In this document: in pieces, positions 20,392 to 31,600 of the stretch
Position numbering within the stretch: the stretch's first letter is position 1
Layout of the letters: each line of letters begins with the position of its first letter
DNA from: a virus
IMG/VR virus record: IMGVR_UViG_3300044946_000078
Span: 11,625 to 75,624 of that record
DNA: 64,000 bases
Reading direction: 5' to 3' (one strand)
Program-made: the position numbers and the translations under genes
Notes under the pieces: model-generated
Told to the model about the DNA's origin: nothing
What the model saw: only the letters and a program-made list of their open reading frames with translations
The model's database searches: none

Positions 20392-23300
20392 TACCTTTCT
20401 TCTTTTTCAGGAACGTTTTTATTGAGCCATGGCAAGCCAGATTCTATTGGCTGACCCATGTTTTCAGGAGCATATTTTGTACCACCACTTTGCCATTGTG
20501 ATATTTGTTGGAGCAACACAGGGTCAACTGTATTTTTAGCCAAATCGTTGAAATATTGGCCACGTCCTTTTTCGGTAGAAAGATTGCCAATGTTTGACGG
20601 GAATAGCGGCGCTTCTTCAGCGAGTCCCATCATAGAGGCTATGATGGCATTCGTCATATGTGGATCATCGTCTGTATCCACCGATTTATCCATTAACTTC
20701 CTCGCAGTAGCGCCCAATTGCATAGTCTGAAATACCGGCGATTCTAAAAGCCAGCGAGGCACATTTACGCCCATTACATTGGCCTCTCCCCAATTTGGTT
20801 CACCATCTTCCTTCTTTTCGCCCTTTTGATAAAAGCCACCGAAATGTTCGGGATTTAACGCTCCAATAGTCAATAATGCTGCCCCAAATGACCCTTTCTT
20901 TAAGTTTCTCATTATCCTATTGGCCATTTCGGGCTCCATATTGTCAAACGATTTTTTCATTAATTGGCTAGTAATATCCCATCCAGCCCTAAGAAGACCG
21001 CCGCCGGCCAATGTCCCCGTTTCTCCAATAATATTAGTAGGCACTTTAACAAAAGGAATAAACCATTTCAAGCCAGTTGCTACGGCCTTGCCTCCGGGCT
21101 TATCACTTTTTTCTAGGCTCCTGATAGTTGCCTTATAGGCATCTGTTACTAAGTTATCGCTCATGAATATAGCCCTATCTGCATCTTTAACTGCTTGAAT
21201 AGCCATTTTTTCTATTAGAACAGGATCTTTTACATTGACCCCATTTTTCATGTTATTAAATGTCTGATTCATAAAAGACTTCTCAAATATTGCTCTTCTA
21301 ATGGGCGTTTTTATTGTTTTATGAATCCGACCAAAAAAGTTAATTCCTTCATCAGGCATAGGTGATTTGCCTCCTAAAACATCTATTTCTGTTTGATGGC
21401 CCGTCTTTTTATCCCAAACATCACCAATATCTTTTATACCCTTTATAATGCCGTCAGTAAATATTTTAGCTTCAGCAGCAATATGTAAATTACCTTCGGA
21501 GGTTGCTTGCTTTGCTATTTTTGAAATGCCGGGGATTTTAGAGAGAAGCCCTCCAATAGCATCTTCCACTGGCGTCTGGACAAGTCTAGTCACGCCAGCC
21601 GCTCCCAACTTAGCCAATGTAGTTATTCCAGATAATTTTGCCTCTCTTTCATAATTCAAGAAAATGTCTCCTGCTTTTTCGGCCCATGCTTTATTGACTG
21701 GCGCGGCAATCTGTGACACCTTTTGATTAAAATTATTTTGAGCCTTCCTTAAATTGGTTAAGGCCGTTCTGATTGCCCCAGCTTGATTTGATTTTTGAGA
21801 AGTAAATCCAGCCGTAGCCATTTTTTGCAATTTATCTTCCTGGTCATTTATTTCATTAAATGAATTTTTTACATCATTCATTTCTTCTATAGTCAATTTA
21901 GCCCCATCTCCTTTAGCTGCTCTCATTCTATTGACCATGTTTTCCAAAGAATATTGATTTCTGGCGATTATTTGTCGAGTAGCTAACCCACGGGCATTTT
22001 CTGTACCAGCTTTTTTACCAGCATCATATACATCTTGAAGCTGTGCTAAAAGCGCTTGCTGACGCACATGGAGATCATCAATAGAATTTTGATCTTTAGC
22101 TTCTTGTGCCTTAATTAGTCCTTCTTGGGTTTGCCCTAGTTGAGATTCAAGGCCAATTTGATGTTTAAGGACCACTGCATTTTCAACATCTGACCAAGGA
22201 CGCGGTTTCTTTAAAGTAGATGATATGATGGTTGTGGCACTCATTTTATTATTATCAATAGCATCTTGGGCTTCTTGCCATATTTCTCCAAATTCTTTTC
22301 TGGCTGTTTTTTCTGCCTCCGGTAATCCAAATTGGGCCCGCTTAACTCCTGTTACCTTATTCATCAAGGATGTTAATTGAGGATCTATTTTTTCTCCTGA
22401 TCCTTCTTTTTTTTCATTGCTACTGTTTTCGGTAAATTCTTGGGGTCCTTCGTTTTGTCCGCCCACTCCTGGGCGAAGGGCTTCTTCGTTGCGAACGCCC
22501 ATTTCATTTGTTGTTTGCTCTGGAATGGCATTGGGATTTTGTTTTAAGAGTTTTGGTTCATTATCCTCGATAAATAACTTTGCTCCATCCTCATCATTAA
22601 TCGCATGAGCCTTATTTTTTAACTCTTCGATAGTCTGTTTCATTCGTACCATATCGGGATCATTCGGATCTGCTCCGCCTTCGATAAGACGGTCGTAGCT
22701 CCCCTGTACCGCGTCGGCAGCCCAATTAGGATGCTCGTTGTCATTTATTTCTATTGCGCTAGGGGGCGCTTTTTCACCAGATACTACCTCGTGAATTAAA
22801 TTAGAGGTGTGAATTGTTCGAGGCAAGTCAGATGAGATTATTTTTGGTATTTGCCTGCCATTCAATTTATTTAAAAGTTCCTCACCGGCGGCTTTTGCTT
22901 CGTTGATCCCATTTTCGGTAAGTTGGGCATCGTTGCTTCTGAAGAATCCTGCGGCGTTGTCGTCCGTTTCCCCGTGCCTGACGACATGAATTTGTTCATC
23001 AGGGCTAGTTGATTGTTCTTGGGCAGCTTTAGAAAGTCCGCCATTTTGAACTGCGTCCGAATTTTCGGGATCATTGAGGAACTCTTCAAAAAGGGATTTA
23101 GTCTCATTGTTGGCTGTTATATGTTGTAAAGTAAGTTGATACGCTAGGTCATCAGCGGCATCCCCTTTAAATGTTCTTTTTTGTCCATCCGGGGTTTCCA
23201 GATTAACCGAAACGATATTGCCGTCTTTGTCTCTATTGATAGCCTGTATGGGATCATCAAAAGTGTTTACATATTTTTGACCCCTCACTATTATATTGCC

Positions 23301-26138
23301 ATCATTATCAATTTTAGCCGTAGGCTCTTGTGTTTGTATATTAAAGCTGGTTACCGGTTGATCGGATAGCTTGTCTACATTGCCTAATTCATATTCCCTA
23401 TTTGTTCCGTCAATTTTAGCAATAATCGTTTGACCATCTTGTTCAATGGTTGCTTTCTGCCCCTTGTACATTACCGGTTTGCCAATTACATCGCTCATTT
23501 TAGCAATATCTGAAGATGATGCCTTTTTATTAAAGGACTCAACAGCTCCCGGTTCGATTGATTGATCGTTATATTTATCTGCAAATTCTTTTTCCTGCTC
23601 TGGCGTTAAATTATCTATATCAGGTCGCCCCATATCGTCCCATACTTTATAGGCCTTTAGGACGCTGCTATGGGTAACTACCGTTGTGTTGTTGGGGTCT
23701 TCATCCAATGACTTTTTGAATGCCGGGATAACCCTTCCTAAAAAATCTCTAAACGTTTCACCAGTTTCACCAATCGGCTTATCCCAAGATGATATATCCT
23801 TTGCTATTTGATCTTTTGCTATTGGTGTTTCTGGGGTCTTCCCATCTGCATAATCTCCGTAATCAATAGTTCTAAGGGATTTATCCGGCTGGATAGTATT
23901 AGAAATAGGTTCGTGGGTATTTGATTCATTTTCATCTCCTGGTTCAATATGATTAATTCTTGCTGTATATTCTGGCATCGATTCGATAGGATGCATCTCT
24001 TGAGCAATATCAATAAGTCCTTTCCCAAAGATATTTTCAGCCCCTTTCGAACGATTTGGATCGTAGGACTGTTCCGCAACCTCTCTTAACAATTGGGGCA
24101 GTTGTTCGGGTGTTGCATTTTCAAATATTGACTTACTATATCCTTTTATTTCTCCTTTGGCTATTTCGGCTTGCGCTTTCCCTACAAGATCATCGGACGA
24201 TGGTTTTGAACTGAGCGATTTGATCTGCTCGTTAAGACCACTTAAATGTTCTTCCATTTGTGGCCTATAAGCATCATCTGCATTTTCCAACGCGGCCTTT
24301 ATATCATTTCTTTGTTTAAGGAGGTCTAATACTTTGGGTACATTTTGTGACGGTATATCGGTAGGCAACTTTCCCAATGTTTCTTTTAAGTCTAAAAAGT
24401 CTTTAGCGTGTGCTTCGGCTTCATTGGGCAATAAGATACCATCCTTAACTAGGGTTGCCAGTGATTTATTTATTTCATCTTGTGGGGCGGTAGCTATCAG
24501 GGCTTTTATATTGTTTGCCGATTTTTTACTGAACATTTCGGGAGACTTCAACAATGTTCCCAATATTCCAGTGAAAGCGGCTGCCCCCTCTCCGGCTTCT
24601 GGAACATCTTCAAATATTGGCCTGTTATTGGATAAGTTCGTTAGAACTTGAGTCCCTGATCCAATAAGCCCTTGCATTCCTGCCTCTTTACCTATCTTAC
24701 CAAGGCTTTGAACTACTGAATTTTTAGCAGCGGGAGTTAATTGAAGACCGCCCTTAATCAGGGGGTTTTCAAATGAGGGCGCACCTTCTGCACCAAATTT
24801 AGCTCCGGCATAGGTCATTAGCGCACCCTGCGCACCCTGAAGGGCACTTTCCCTTGTTCCCCTATTCTGAGCTATTTCCAAAGCTTCCTGCGGATCTTTC
24901 CCTTCATCTCTTAATTGACGATAATTATTTGTTACAGATTGGGCATATGCTCTTTGCATTATTTCTGGTGTAGTAACTGCCGTTGCTGCGACTGGTCCTA
25001 ACTCAGGACTACCGAAGAGTGAGCCACCAATACCACCAACAATACCAGTCGTTAATCCTTCAGCGGTTAATATGCCTTGCCCCCCCACAAAAGCGCCAGG
25101 AACACCACCAAAGCCTTTTGGAACCGGGATAGGTTCATCTGGATCATGCCTATGATAATCAGTTTCGAGCTTATTTATGATGTCATTATCATTAGAATTA
25201 GCCAGAAAGTCGTAGTCATCAAGGTCCTTATTTCTTTTAGCGAAGGCCGTTCCCATTGCTTCAAAGAAGTTGGTTTGCGGCCGCGTTACTTGTCCGGTGG
25301 ACGCATCGTATCCAAGATCACCAGTCCCTATCTTTTCGGCGTTTGAAAGTATTTTTGATGCGTTATATGACCGATTCCCAGAGGATGCTAAATAGGCGCT
25401 TCTGTTTACCTGATTTGCTATCTCTGGGTGATCATTAGCTATCTGTTTAATGAATTGTCCTGTAGTATTCCCCGTTGCGTCATTAGCTAAGTTTATTTTA
25501 GCCGCCGCCGCGTATCCGGTTTCTGGATCTAGCGCTTGATCATGGATATTTTTTATTTGCTCCTTTAGTTTCTGGAACTTTTCGCTATTAGATGAAATAT
25601 CAATGGGGTTAAGATTTGCACCTTTAATGGCGGCTTCTACTTGTTTTTGAACAAAATCAGATGCCATTTTTGTGGCTGCCGATTTAGAATACTTATCAAT
25701 ATTAGCCGCCGTATTCTTTTGTTCTTGATCGACTATTGCGGCATGTGCCTCGGGAGCAGATCTACCTATATTTGGTGATGGTATTGGAGCCCCGGGTATT
25801 TGTGGTTGCTGGGGTTCTGGTTGATACTGTAACGATTGTCCCGTTGCTGGCTGAAAGTTTGCGGGATTTACTTGGTTGGTAGCCTGTTTACTTGCTGCTT
25901 TTTGATAAAAATCGTCAAATCCTATTGTAAAATTCCCCTTTATGTATTTGCCATTTTCTCCATATGCTTGATCCATTCCATTATAGACCTTTTGGGCATA
26001 GGAACTATCACTCATTTTTTGAGCGAATTGATCATACGGCAAATTAAAATTGCCTTTAGCATAAGCCCCATTATCTCCGTATGCTTGTTGCATACCTTGA
26101 TAAACCTTTTGCAAATATGGATTATCTCCCTGCGGCAT
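20391..26138 (-). CDS. giant internal virion/ejection (polyvalent) protein with histidine-phosphatase motifs
   Basis: 1915 aa; Gly/Ala-rich hydrophobic segment; RHGET motif; position after smaller ejection proteins. Confidence 0.65.
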   Translation of the reverse strand: MPQGDNPYLQKVYQGMQQAYGDNGAYAKGNFNLPYDQFAQKMSDSSYAQKVYNGMDQAYGENGKYIKGNFTIGFDDFYQKAASKQATNQVNPANFQPATGQSLQYQPEPQQPQIPGAPIPSPNIGRSAPEAHAAIVDQEQKNTAANIDKYSKSAATKMASDFVQKQVEAAIKGANLNPIDISSNSEKFQKLKEQIKNIHDQALDPETGYAAAAKINLANDATGNTTGQFIKQIANDHPEIANQVNRSAYLASSGNRSYNASKILSNAEKIGTGDLGYDASTGQVTRPQTNFFEAMGTAFAKRNKDLDDYDFLANSNDNDIINKLETDYHRHDPDEPIPVPKGFGGVPGAFVGGQGILTAEGLTTGIVGGIGGSLFGSPELGPVAATAVTTPEIMQRAYAQSVTNNYRQLRDEGKDPQEALEIAQNRGTRESALQGAQGALMTYAGAKFGAEGAPSFENPLIKGGLQLTPAAKNSVVQSLGKIGKEAGMQGLIGSGTQVLTNLSNNRPIFEDVPEAGEGAAAFTGILGTLLKSPEMFSKKSANNIKALIATAPQDEINKSLATLVKDGILLPNEAEAHAKDFLDLKETLGKLPTDIPSQNVPKVLDLLKQRNDIKAALENADDAYRPQMEEHLSGLNEQIKSLSSKPSSDDLVGKAQAEIAKGEIKGYSKSIFENATPEQLPQLLREVAEQSYDPNRSKGAENIFGKGLIDIAQEMHPIESMPEYTARINHIEPGDENESNTHEPISNTIQPDKSLRTIDYGDYADGKTPETPIAKDQIAKDISSWDKPIGETGETFRDFLGRVIPAFKKSLDEDPNNTTVVTHSSVLKAYKVWDDMGRPDIDNLTPEQEKEFADKYNDQSIEPGAVESFNKKASSSDIAKMSDVIGKPVMYKGQKATIEQDGQTIIAKIDGTNREYELGNVDKLSDQPVTSFNIQTQEPTAKIDNDGNIIVRGQKYVNTFDDPIQAINRDKDGNIVSVNLETPDGQKRTFKGDAADDLAYQLTLQHITANNETKSLFEEFLNDPENSDAVQNGGLSKAAQEQSTSPDEQIHVVRHGETDDNAAGFFRSNDAQLTENGINEAKAAGEELLNKLNGRQIPKIISSDLPRTIHTSNLIHEVVSGEKAPPSAIEINDNEHPNWAADAVQGSYDRLIEGGADPNDPDMVRMKQTIEELKNKAHAINDEDGAKLFIEDNEPKLLKQNPNAIPEQTTNEMGVRNEEALRPGVGGQNEGPQEFTENSSNEKKEGSGEKIDPQLTSLMNKVTGVKRAQFGLPEAEKTARKEFGEIWQEAQDAIDNNKMSATTIISSTLKKPRPWSDVENAVVLKHQIGLESQLGQTQEGLIKAQEAKDQNSIDDLHVRQQALLAQLQDVYDAGKKAGTENARGLATRQIIARNQYSLENMVNRMRAAKGDGAKLTIEEMNDVKNSFNEINDQEDKLQKMATAGFTSQKSNQAGAIRTALTNLRKAQNNFNQKVSQIAAPVNKAWAEKAGDIFLNYEREAKLSGITTLAKLGAAGVTRLVQTPVEDAIGGLLSKIPGISKIAKQATSEGNLHIAAEAKIFTDGIIKGIKDIGDVWDKKTGHQTEIDVLGGKSPMPDEGINFFGRIHKTIKTPIRRAIFEKSFMNQTFNNMKNGVNVKDPVLIEKMAIQAVKDADRAIFMSDNLVTDAYKATIRSLEKSDKPGGKAVATGLKWFIPFVKVPTNIIGETGTLAGGGLLRAGWDITSQLMKKSFDNMEPEMANRIMRNLKKGSFGAALLTIGALNPEHFGGFYQKGEKKEDGEPNWGEANVMGVNVPRWLLESPVFQTMQLGATARKLMDKSVDTDDDPHMTNAIIASMMGLAEEAPLFPSNIGNLSTEKGRGQYFNDLAKNTVDPVLLQQISQWQSGGTKYAPENMGQPIESGLPWLNKNVPEKEER

Positions 26139-26141
26139 ATA

Positions 26142-27572
26142 TTAATTGAATGCTCCTGCGTTTTCTTTTACGTTAGCTGTTTTTGTTGTTGGTGGCGTTA
26201 CTTGTGGATTAACTCCGGTACCCGCCAACGATGCTGGTAACCCCTTTATGGTTTTACCTATTTCTGTTTTCAATGAATTGGCATCGTACCATTCATTGTT
26301 ATTGTAGTATGGATCAAGCATTGGCGTTCCGTCATCATTCATTATTGGCTGTCCGGTATGCTTATTCTTTTTATAGAATATCCCCCTTACTGCTGAGCCA
26401 TCTGAATTGAATGTGTAGGTGTCTGGGAGCACTTTATGCGAATATGTCCCTTGACCTAGGGATCGAAGGATTATATAATCTTTATTTTTAGGTTCAAATT
26501 CTTGCGTTCCATCTGGATGAACAATGGGATTGGCTTGAGCATCTTTCCATGAATTATCTACGTGGCTACTATTGGCTGCTGCTTGGGTCGATGCGTCCTG
26601 CATCTTATACCAATGATTATAATCAACTAATTCTTTTCTGTCCCCTTGTCTAACTCCTTCCATTTGTAGCCTATTTCTTTGCAATATATTTTGATGAGCA
26701 GCAAAATTGGGCTTAATCAAGGGCGCTCCTTCCGTATTTAATGCAGCGTTCGATGCTATATGAAATCCAGCAAATAGTTCTGCCGAATTTTGAGGAGGTC
26801 TTCCATATGCGTCCACGAATGCCTTATAAGATTGCGTATACAGAGCCGGATCATTTACTATTCGATCCGCCTGTGCTTGGATGCGTCTATCTGTGCCGTA
26901 TAATGTCATAGCCGCATTTCCATAGGCCTGTTTTTGGGTTTTATCATACCCCATAGGAATGTATAGATTCCCATCCGATTTTGTTTGTGCAGGTCCTATT
27001 GGAACCATTTTAATATTCTTCATGAGTCCTGCCTGTTGCGCTTGTAATGTTTTGGCGTCCAGTGGCTGCGTATTCATATGAAGCTCATTAATATCTAGGG
27101 GCTTACTTCCTGGCGAATTTATTGGCAAATTATTGGCATGGAGGGAGGGGATAATTTGATCATTATCGAATAAGTAGCTCCTAGTTGGATCTGACCTTAA
27201 TTTTAATACCTGATCACTTATATTCTGACGATCTTTACTGCTTTGAATAAAGGCCATAGCATCATTGTAGCGAGCATTATTTTCATTAAGCGCAACTCCT
27301 TTATCATTACCTGGATGTAAAATATTTTCTTTATTTTCGGCATAATGATCCTGCCACGCGTTGACTTTACTTAAATAATCTGGCATATCCGCCGGTCGTA
27401 CCCCGTCTGGATTTAATTCCTTGTGCTGGTTCTGATAGTATTCATTTAAAGAATCATCCCTAGCTTGTTTCCTTGCTAGAAGATTGGCAGCAAAAGAAAC
27501 TGCTGGTGATGTATCTATTGGTACCGCACCTGCCGTATATAATCCCCCTGGTAAATTAATTCCGTCAGCCAT
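26142..27572 (-). CDS. putative internal virion/ejection protein
   Basis: 476 aa, Q/N/A-rich helical; podoviral synteny. Confidence 0.5.
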   Translation of the reverse strand: MADGINLPGGLYTAGAVPIDTSPAVSFAANLLARKQARDDSLNEYYQNQHKELNPDGVRPADMPDYLSKVNAWQDHYAENKENILHPGNDKGVALNENNARYNDAMAFIQSSKDRQNISDQVLKLRSDPTRSYLFDNDQIIPSLHANNLPINSPGSKPLDINELHMNTQPLDAKTLQAQQAGLMKNIKMVPIGPAQTKSDGNLYIPMGYDKTQKQAYGNAAMTLYGTDRRIQAQADRIVNDPALYTQSYKAFVDAYGRPPQNSAELFAGFHIASNAALNTEGAPLIKPNFAAHQNILQRNRLQMEGVRQGDRKELVDYNHWYKMQDASTQAAANSSHVDNSWKDAQANPIVHPDGTQEFEPKNKDYIILRSLGQGTYSHKVLPDTYTFNSDGSAVRGIFYKKNKHTGQPIMNDDGTPMLDPYYNNNEWYDANSLKTEIGKTIKGLPASLAGTGVNPQVTPPTTKTANVKENAGAFN

Positions 27573-27581
27573 TCTTAAAGT

Positions 27582-28256
27582 TTAATAAGGTAACCCCATT
27601 GGAATATCGGTATTAGGTTGTCGTGAGTAAACAGAAGATGCTGTCCCAGATAAATTATATGGTGCCGGAGAGGAGCTACCATTATTTGTCCCGTACATTT
27701 TATTAAGCATCATTTGATTGCTCAAACTATTTAATCCGCTATTAAATGTCTGTAGCCCGGCATTAGCCACCTGATTTTGCCCCGCCGCCTTCATCGCCAA
27801 TAGATTATAATTTCTCGTAAATGGTTGAACCTGATTTATATCAAAAGCTTGTTCCTGTTGTTGGGTTTGCGCACCAGCAGCTTGCCCCAATTGCGCTAGG
27901 GCCGAAGACTGTTGTTGTTGAACTGCTGCCGTATTTGCTAACTGAGCGCCTTGCGAGCCAGCTACAACTGCCCCAACACCACCTATTGCCGACCGGCGAT
28001 CTTGTAGCCCCTGTATCCCGGCAGCTTGAGCACTTTGTATATTTTGTAACTGCTGCTGATATGCTGCATTTTGGTATGGGTTAAGGCTATATCTGGCTAA
28101 TGCCTTTTGATAGTAATCGGCAATAGATTGACTAGGGGTATAGACCAGACTTTGCTTGCGCTCTAATTCCTCTTGCGTTTTATGTGCCTGAATGCCTTTA
28201 TATATTGTTTCTCCGGCCCCTATGGCTAATGATGCTATTGGTATTGCTACTGGCAT
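27582..28256 (-). CDS. putative small ejection protein (positional analogue of T7 gp14)
   Basis: hydrophobic N-terminus, Q/A-rich body, directly after the GNAT gene. Confidence 0.55.
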   Translation of the reverse strand: MPVAIPIASLAIGAGETIYKGIQAHKTQEELERKQSLVYTPSQSIADYYQKALARYSLNPYQNAAYQQQLQNIQSAQAAGIQGLQDRRSAIGGVGAVVAGSQGAQLANTAAVQQQQSSALAQLGQAAGAQTQQQEQAFDINQVQPFTRNYNLLAMKAAGQNQVANAGLQTFNSGLNSLSNQMMLNKMYGTNNGSSSPAPYNLSGTASSVYSRQPNTDIPMGLPY

Positions 28257-28257
28257 A

Positions 28258-28698
28258 TCAAAGATTTGCTAATATTACACAATTATTTTCCTTATCCTCC
28301 TTAATGATACTCATTCCGCATTTCAAGAGCCAATTTATACCTCGCGTATTATTCATATATAATGAGGCAACAAAATCAGCCCCCATAATGTGTTTAATTT
28401 TACTCCACCATTCTTTAAGTACCTTCTTTTCCCTCCATTTTATCCCTATGCAAAAGCTAAACAGTAGAATATCTGCCGTAACAACATATCCTATTGCCTT
28501 TTTATCAAGAAGTACTTTATAATATTTCAATTCATACTGATCTGCCATTTCTAATATTAATTTCATCGTATGATCCACACAAGATTCAAAATCCTGTTTA
28601 ATTATATGGTATTTGTCAAAAAGATCCTGATCTCCCTGGTATGATATTGCTATCAATTCAGGAAGTTCATTAATGGATGTTTTTTTCAATGAAACCAT
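28258..28698 (-). CDS. GNAT-fold protein (positional analogue of T7 gp13)
   Basis: IGYVV...FCIGIKWR...NTRGINWLLKCGM resembles GNAT motifs A/B; lies between nozzle and ejection genes. Confidence 0.6.
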   Translation of the reverse strand: MVSLKKTSINELPELIAISYQGDQDLFDKYHIIKQDFESCVDHTMKLILEMADQYELKYYKVLLDKKAIGYVVTADILLFSFCIGIKWREKKVLKEWWSKIKHIMGADFVASLYMNNTRGINWLLKCGMSIIKEDKENNCVILANL

Positions 28699-31600
28699 TT
28701 ATGAAGCATTTAATGGCGAAGTGATGTATTTAAGCTTTACCTCCGAAATCCACACAAGGCCTGTCGGATTGGTCACTTGTAATTGAATTCCCAAATAAGA
28801 TCCTTTCATAGTATATCCATTTATCCACCCTCCCGGAGAATTAATATCCCTCATAAAACTGGTTTCAAATAGCCCTTCTAAGGTAGCAAAATTAGCTGGT
28901 ATTAGCTTACTTTGTTGCCGAGTAGTTCCGTATGTATATTGATTCGTATAAATGAGCGGCGCTTCCCAAATCTGAGACGCCAATTCGGCAATAGAAATGA
29001 AAGTTTTCTTTTCTATTAAATTCTGGTTGAATACTGTTTTTACATAACAGGGATATTGCACGCCAAAATAATTACAATAAGGTGCTGTATTAGTATTCGG
29101 ATTATTATCGTGAAAGTATAATTGCCCATTGAGGAATGTATAAAAATCTTCTTCAGCCGAAATTATCCATTCGGCTTCATTAAAGCTATATTTTGATCCA
29201 TAAGCGTTGTTCTTTTCATTAAAGGCAATAGCGTAGTTTTGTATCGTTTGTGCCCCATTGGTACCAGCCTGTAAAATTCCTATCCATTCTTCCTCAAAGA
29301 AATTATAGCATCCAATAATCCTAGCATTAGATCCGTCAGCTTTTGTCCAATTGCTAAGATATGGCGTAATGAGAGACCGGATATAATATTGTCCTTTATA
29401 CAATTCACTGACCGGAATTAGTCCATCTTGACTAAGACGAACCATATAGCCTCTAACCGGATCAAAAAAGTAATCCTGAATTTTGCCGGATACAAGGCTT
29501 TCGGGATGGTTACCTAGTCCAAATTCGCCTTCATAATATGGGGTATTCCCTATGGTAATGATGGCATTCGTCGTGGTAAGGACATTTTCTCCTGATGCTT
29601 GATTTATGAAGCTATTATAAACGCCTTTCTCAAAGCATCCTCTTGCTTGGAATCCACGTAATATCCTATCTCTTGATTTTAAGCGTAATAGTGGCCCCTT
29701 TGCTCGATCTACTTCATCTTGGTTCTGATCATAGAACCTATTTAATTGGTTTATTTCAGTCCCAAATTGATCCGACAGGCTCCATCTTAAAAGTGTTTCA
29801 AATGTATTTTGTTGAGCATTATCATCATAGGGCAATGGACGTAGATTGGCATTGTAGACTATGTTATAGGCGTCGTCAAAACTAGAATCCATAACGGGAA
29901 TAGTTATGTAATTAAGGACATCCAGCCTTAAAGTAAAACCGCCTACTTGGCCAGTAAAGTTAGTGTCAATCCCTGGCAAAAATCCATAGAATAACCAAGC
30001 TTGCGTATTAGCAGGAATAGTTATAATTACATCTACCACTACTTCATATCCCTGAACGGTTGCCTCTTCTGTAAGATTGAAATTTTGGAATAAATATTGG
30101 AATTGAGTAGGCGGTATATTAGCAGCATTCATAAAATATAGTGCCCCAAAAACAGTACAGCTTGTTGTGGCATTTAGGGGAATAGTTCCTCTAAGACGTA
30201 TATTTTGCGGGCTACTTGTTTCATTCCAGTAAAGTGCCCTATCTGCATTTGTAGGAGAATATTGGGGATAATTGCCAGGCCCAAACCCTACTCCATTTTG
30301 TAATTGCTGATTTATTTGGTATGGTGCTGATCCAGCAGTAGGATTAACGACTCCTTGTGGATTCTCTGTTGCCTGAGTCGTAAATGTTTGAGAATGCTGG
30401 GAAAAGGCACATTGTTGTGCATTTATATAATAGCTTAACCCTGTAGGCACTTGTCTTTCTCTATAGAAAAAATCCCCATCCGACATTCTTATTATTGCCG
30501 GTGTTGTATAATCGATTGATTGAGATTGATCTGATCCTATATGAAATGCCGTATTGGTTCCTGGATTGCCTATCGCATATTGTCTCCCAAAATCATAAAA
30601 AACTTCCTGATCTTCTGTGACTCGCTTTGCGTAATTATATATTAATATTTTATATCGCTGAAAATTGTCCGATTGAAGAGGCGTCAATCCACTTGCAAAT
30701 CCAAAATTGAATGATGCACTAATATCAGTAGTTGGGTATATTATCTTGATAAAAGACCCCTCTTGAATAATCCCATTTAATACCGGATCTGTTTCAACTG
30801 AAACTATTTGATAATCATTCGCAGGACTCATCTGAACAGAGCTGCCATTCAAGGGATAGTTTATTAAAAATCTGATTCTATCGCCTTGTGAAAATGTATA
30901 TCCGACAACTGGTGTGCCTCCTGGATTTGCAGTCGTTACATTTTCATTGTATAATTCCATATTTGAATATCCAATGTAAGCATATTGGTAACCAGTTGCT
31001 AGGTCAGTATTGACAAAAGTCTGGTTACATATCCACATTAAATATTTATCATAGGTTAGATTTAACGATCTTACAATTGAATAGTAATAGGCATAAAGAG
31101 GTGGCTGATTATTGATAGTAGCTATTATCTGTGGTGTAAGATTACCAGATAAATCATTTAAAGTGGTGATCCCATTATTGGAAGGGAATTGAGCCCCTAT
31201 TGTTCTACCTTTTTGATCATAATAGCATACAGCCAATTGATATGCGCATCTGTCTACAAAAGAATATACGGATTCGGTATATGGAGAACTTCCTCCCGTT
31301 GTTGAGTTAGTTGTTTGGGCATAGTACAATGATACATTAGTCAATGATACGGTGAATGAATTTGCCCCAACTGAACCAACTAATGTAAATCCTTTAACCT
31401 CGGCGGCCGCTAAAATACCATCAAGAATTGTGGCAATCGAGGTATTTGATCCGCTTGAATATTGGAATGAATTATTTGTTCCAGCAACACCATAGGTCAC
31501 TGTATAGTTTAGCCCGTTGCCGGGGATATTTCCCGCTCCGTCATTTGTCCCAAATAAATATATTGTTATGTTATCGCCAACATTACCATAGGAATCAAGT

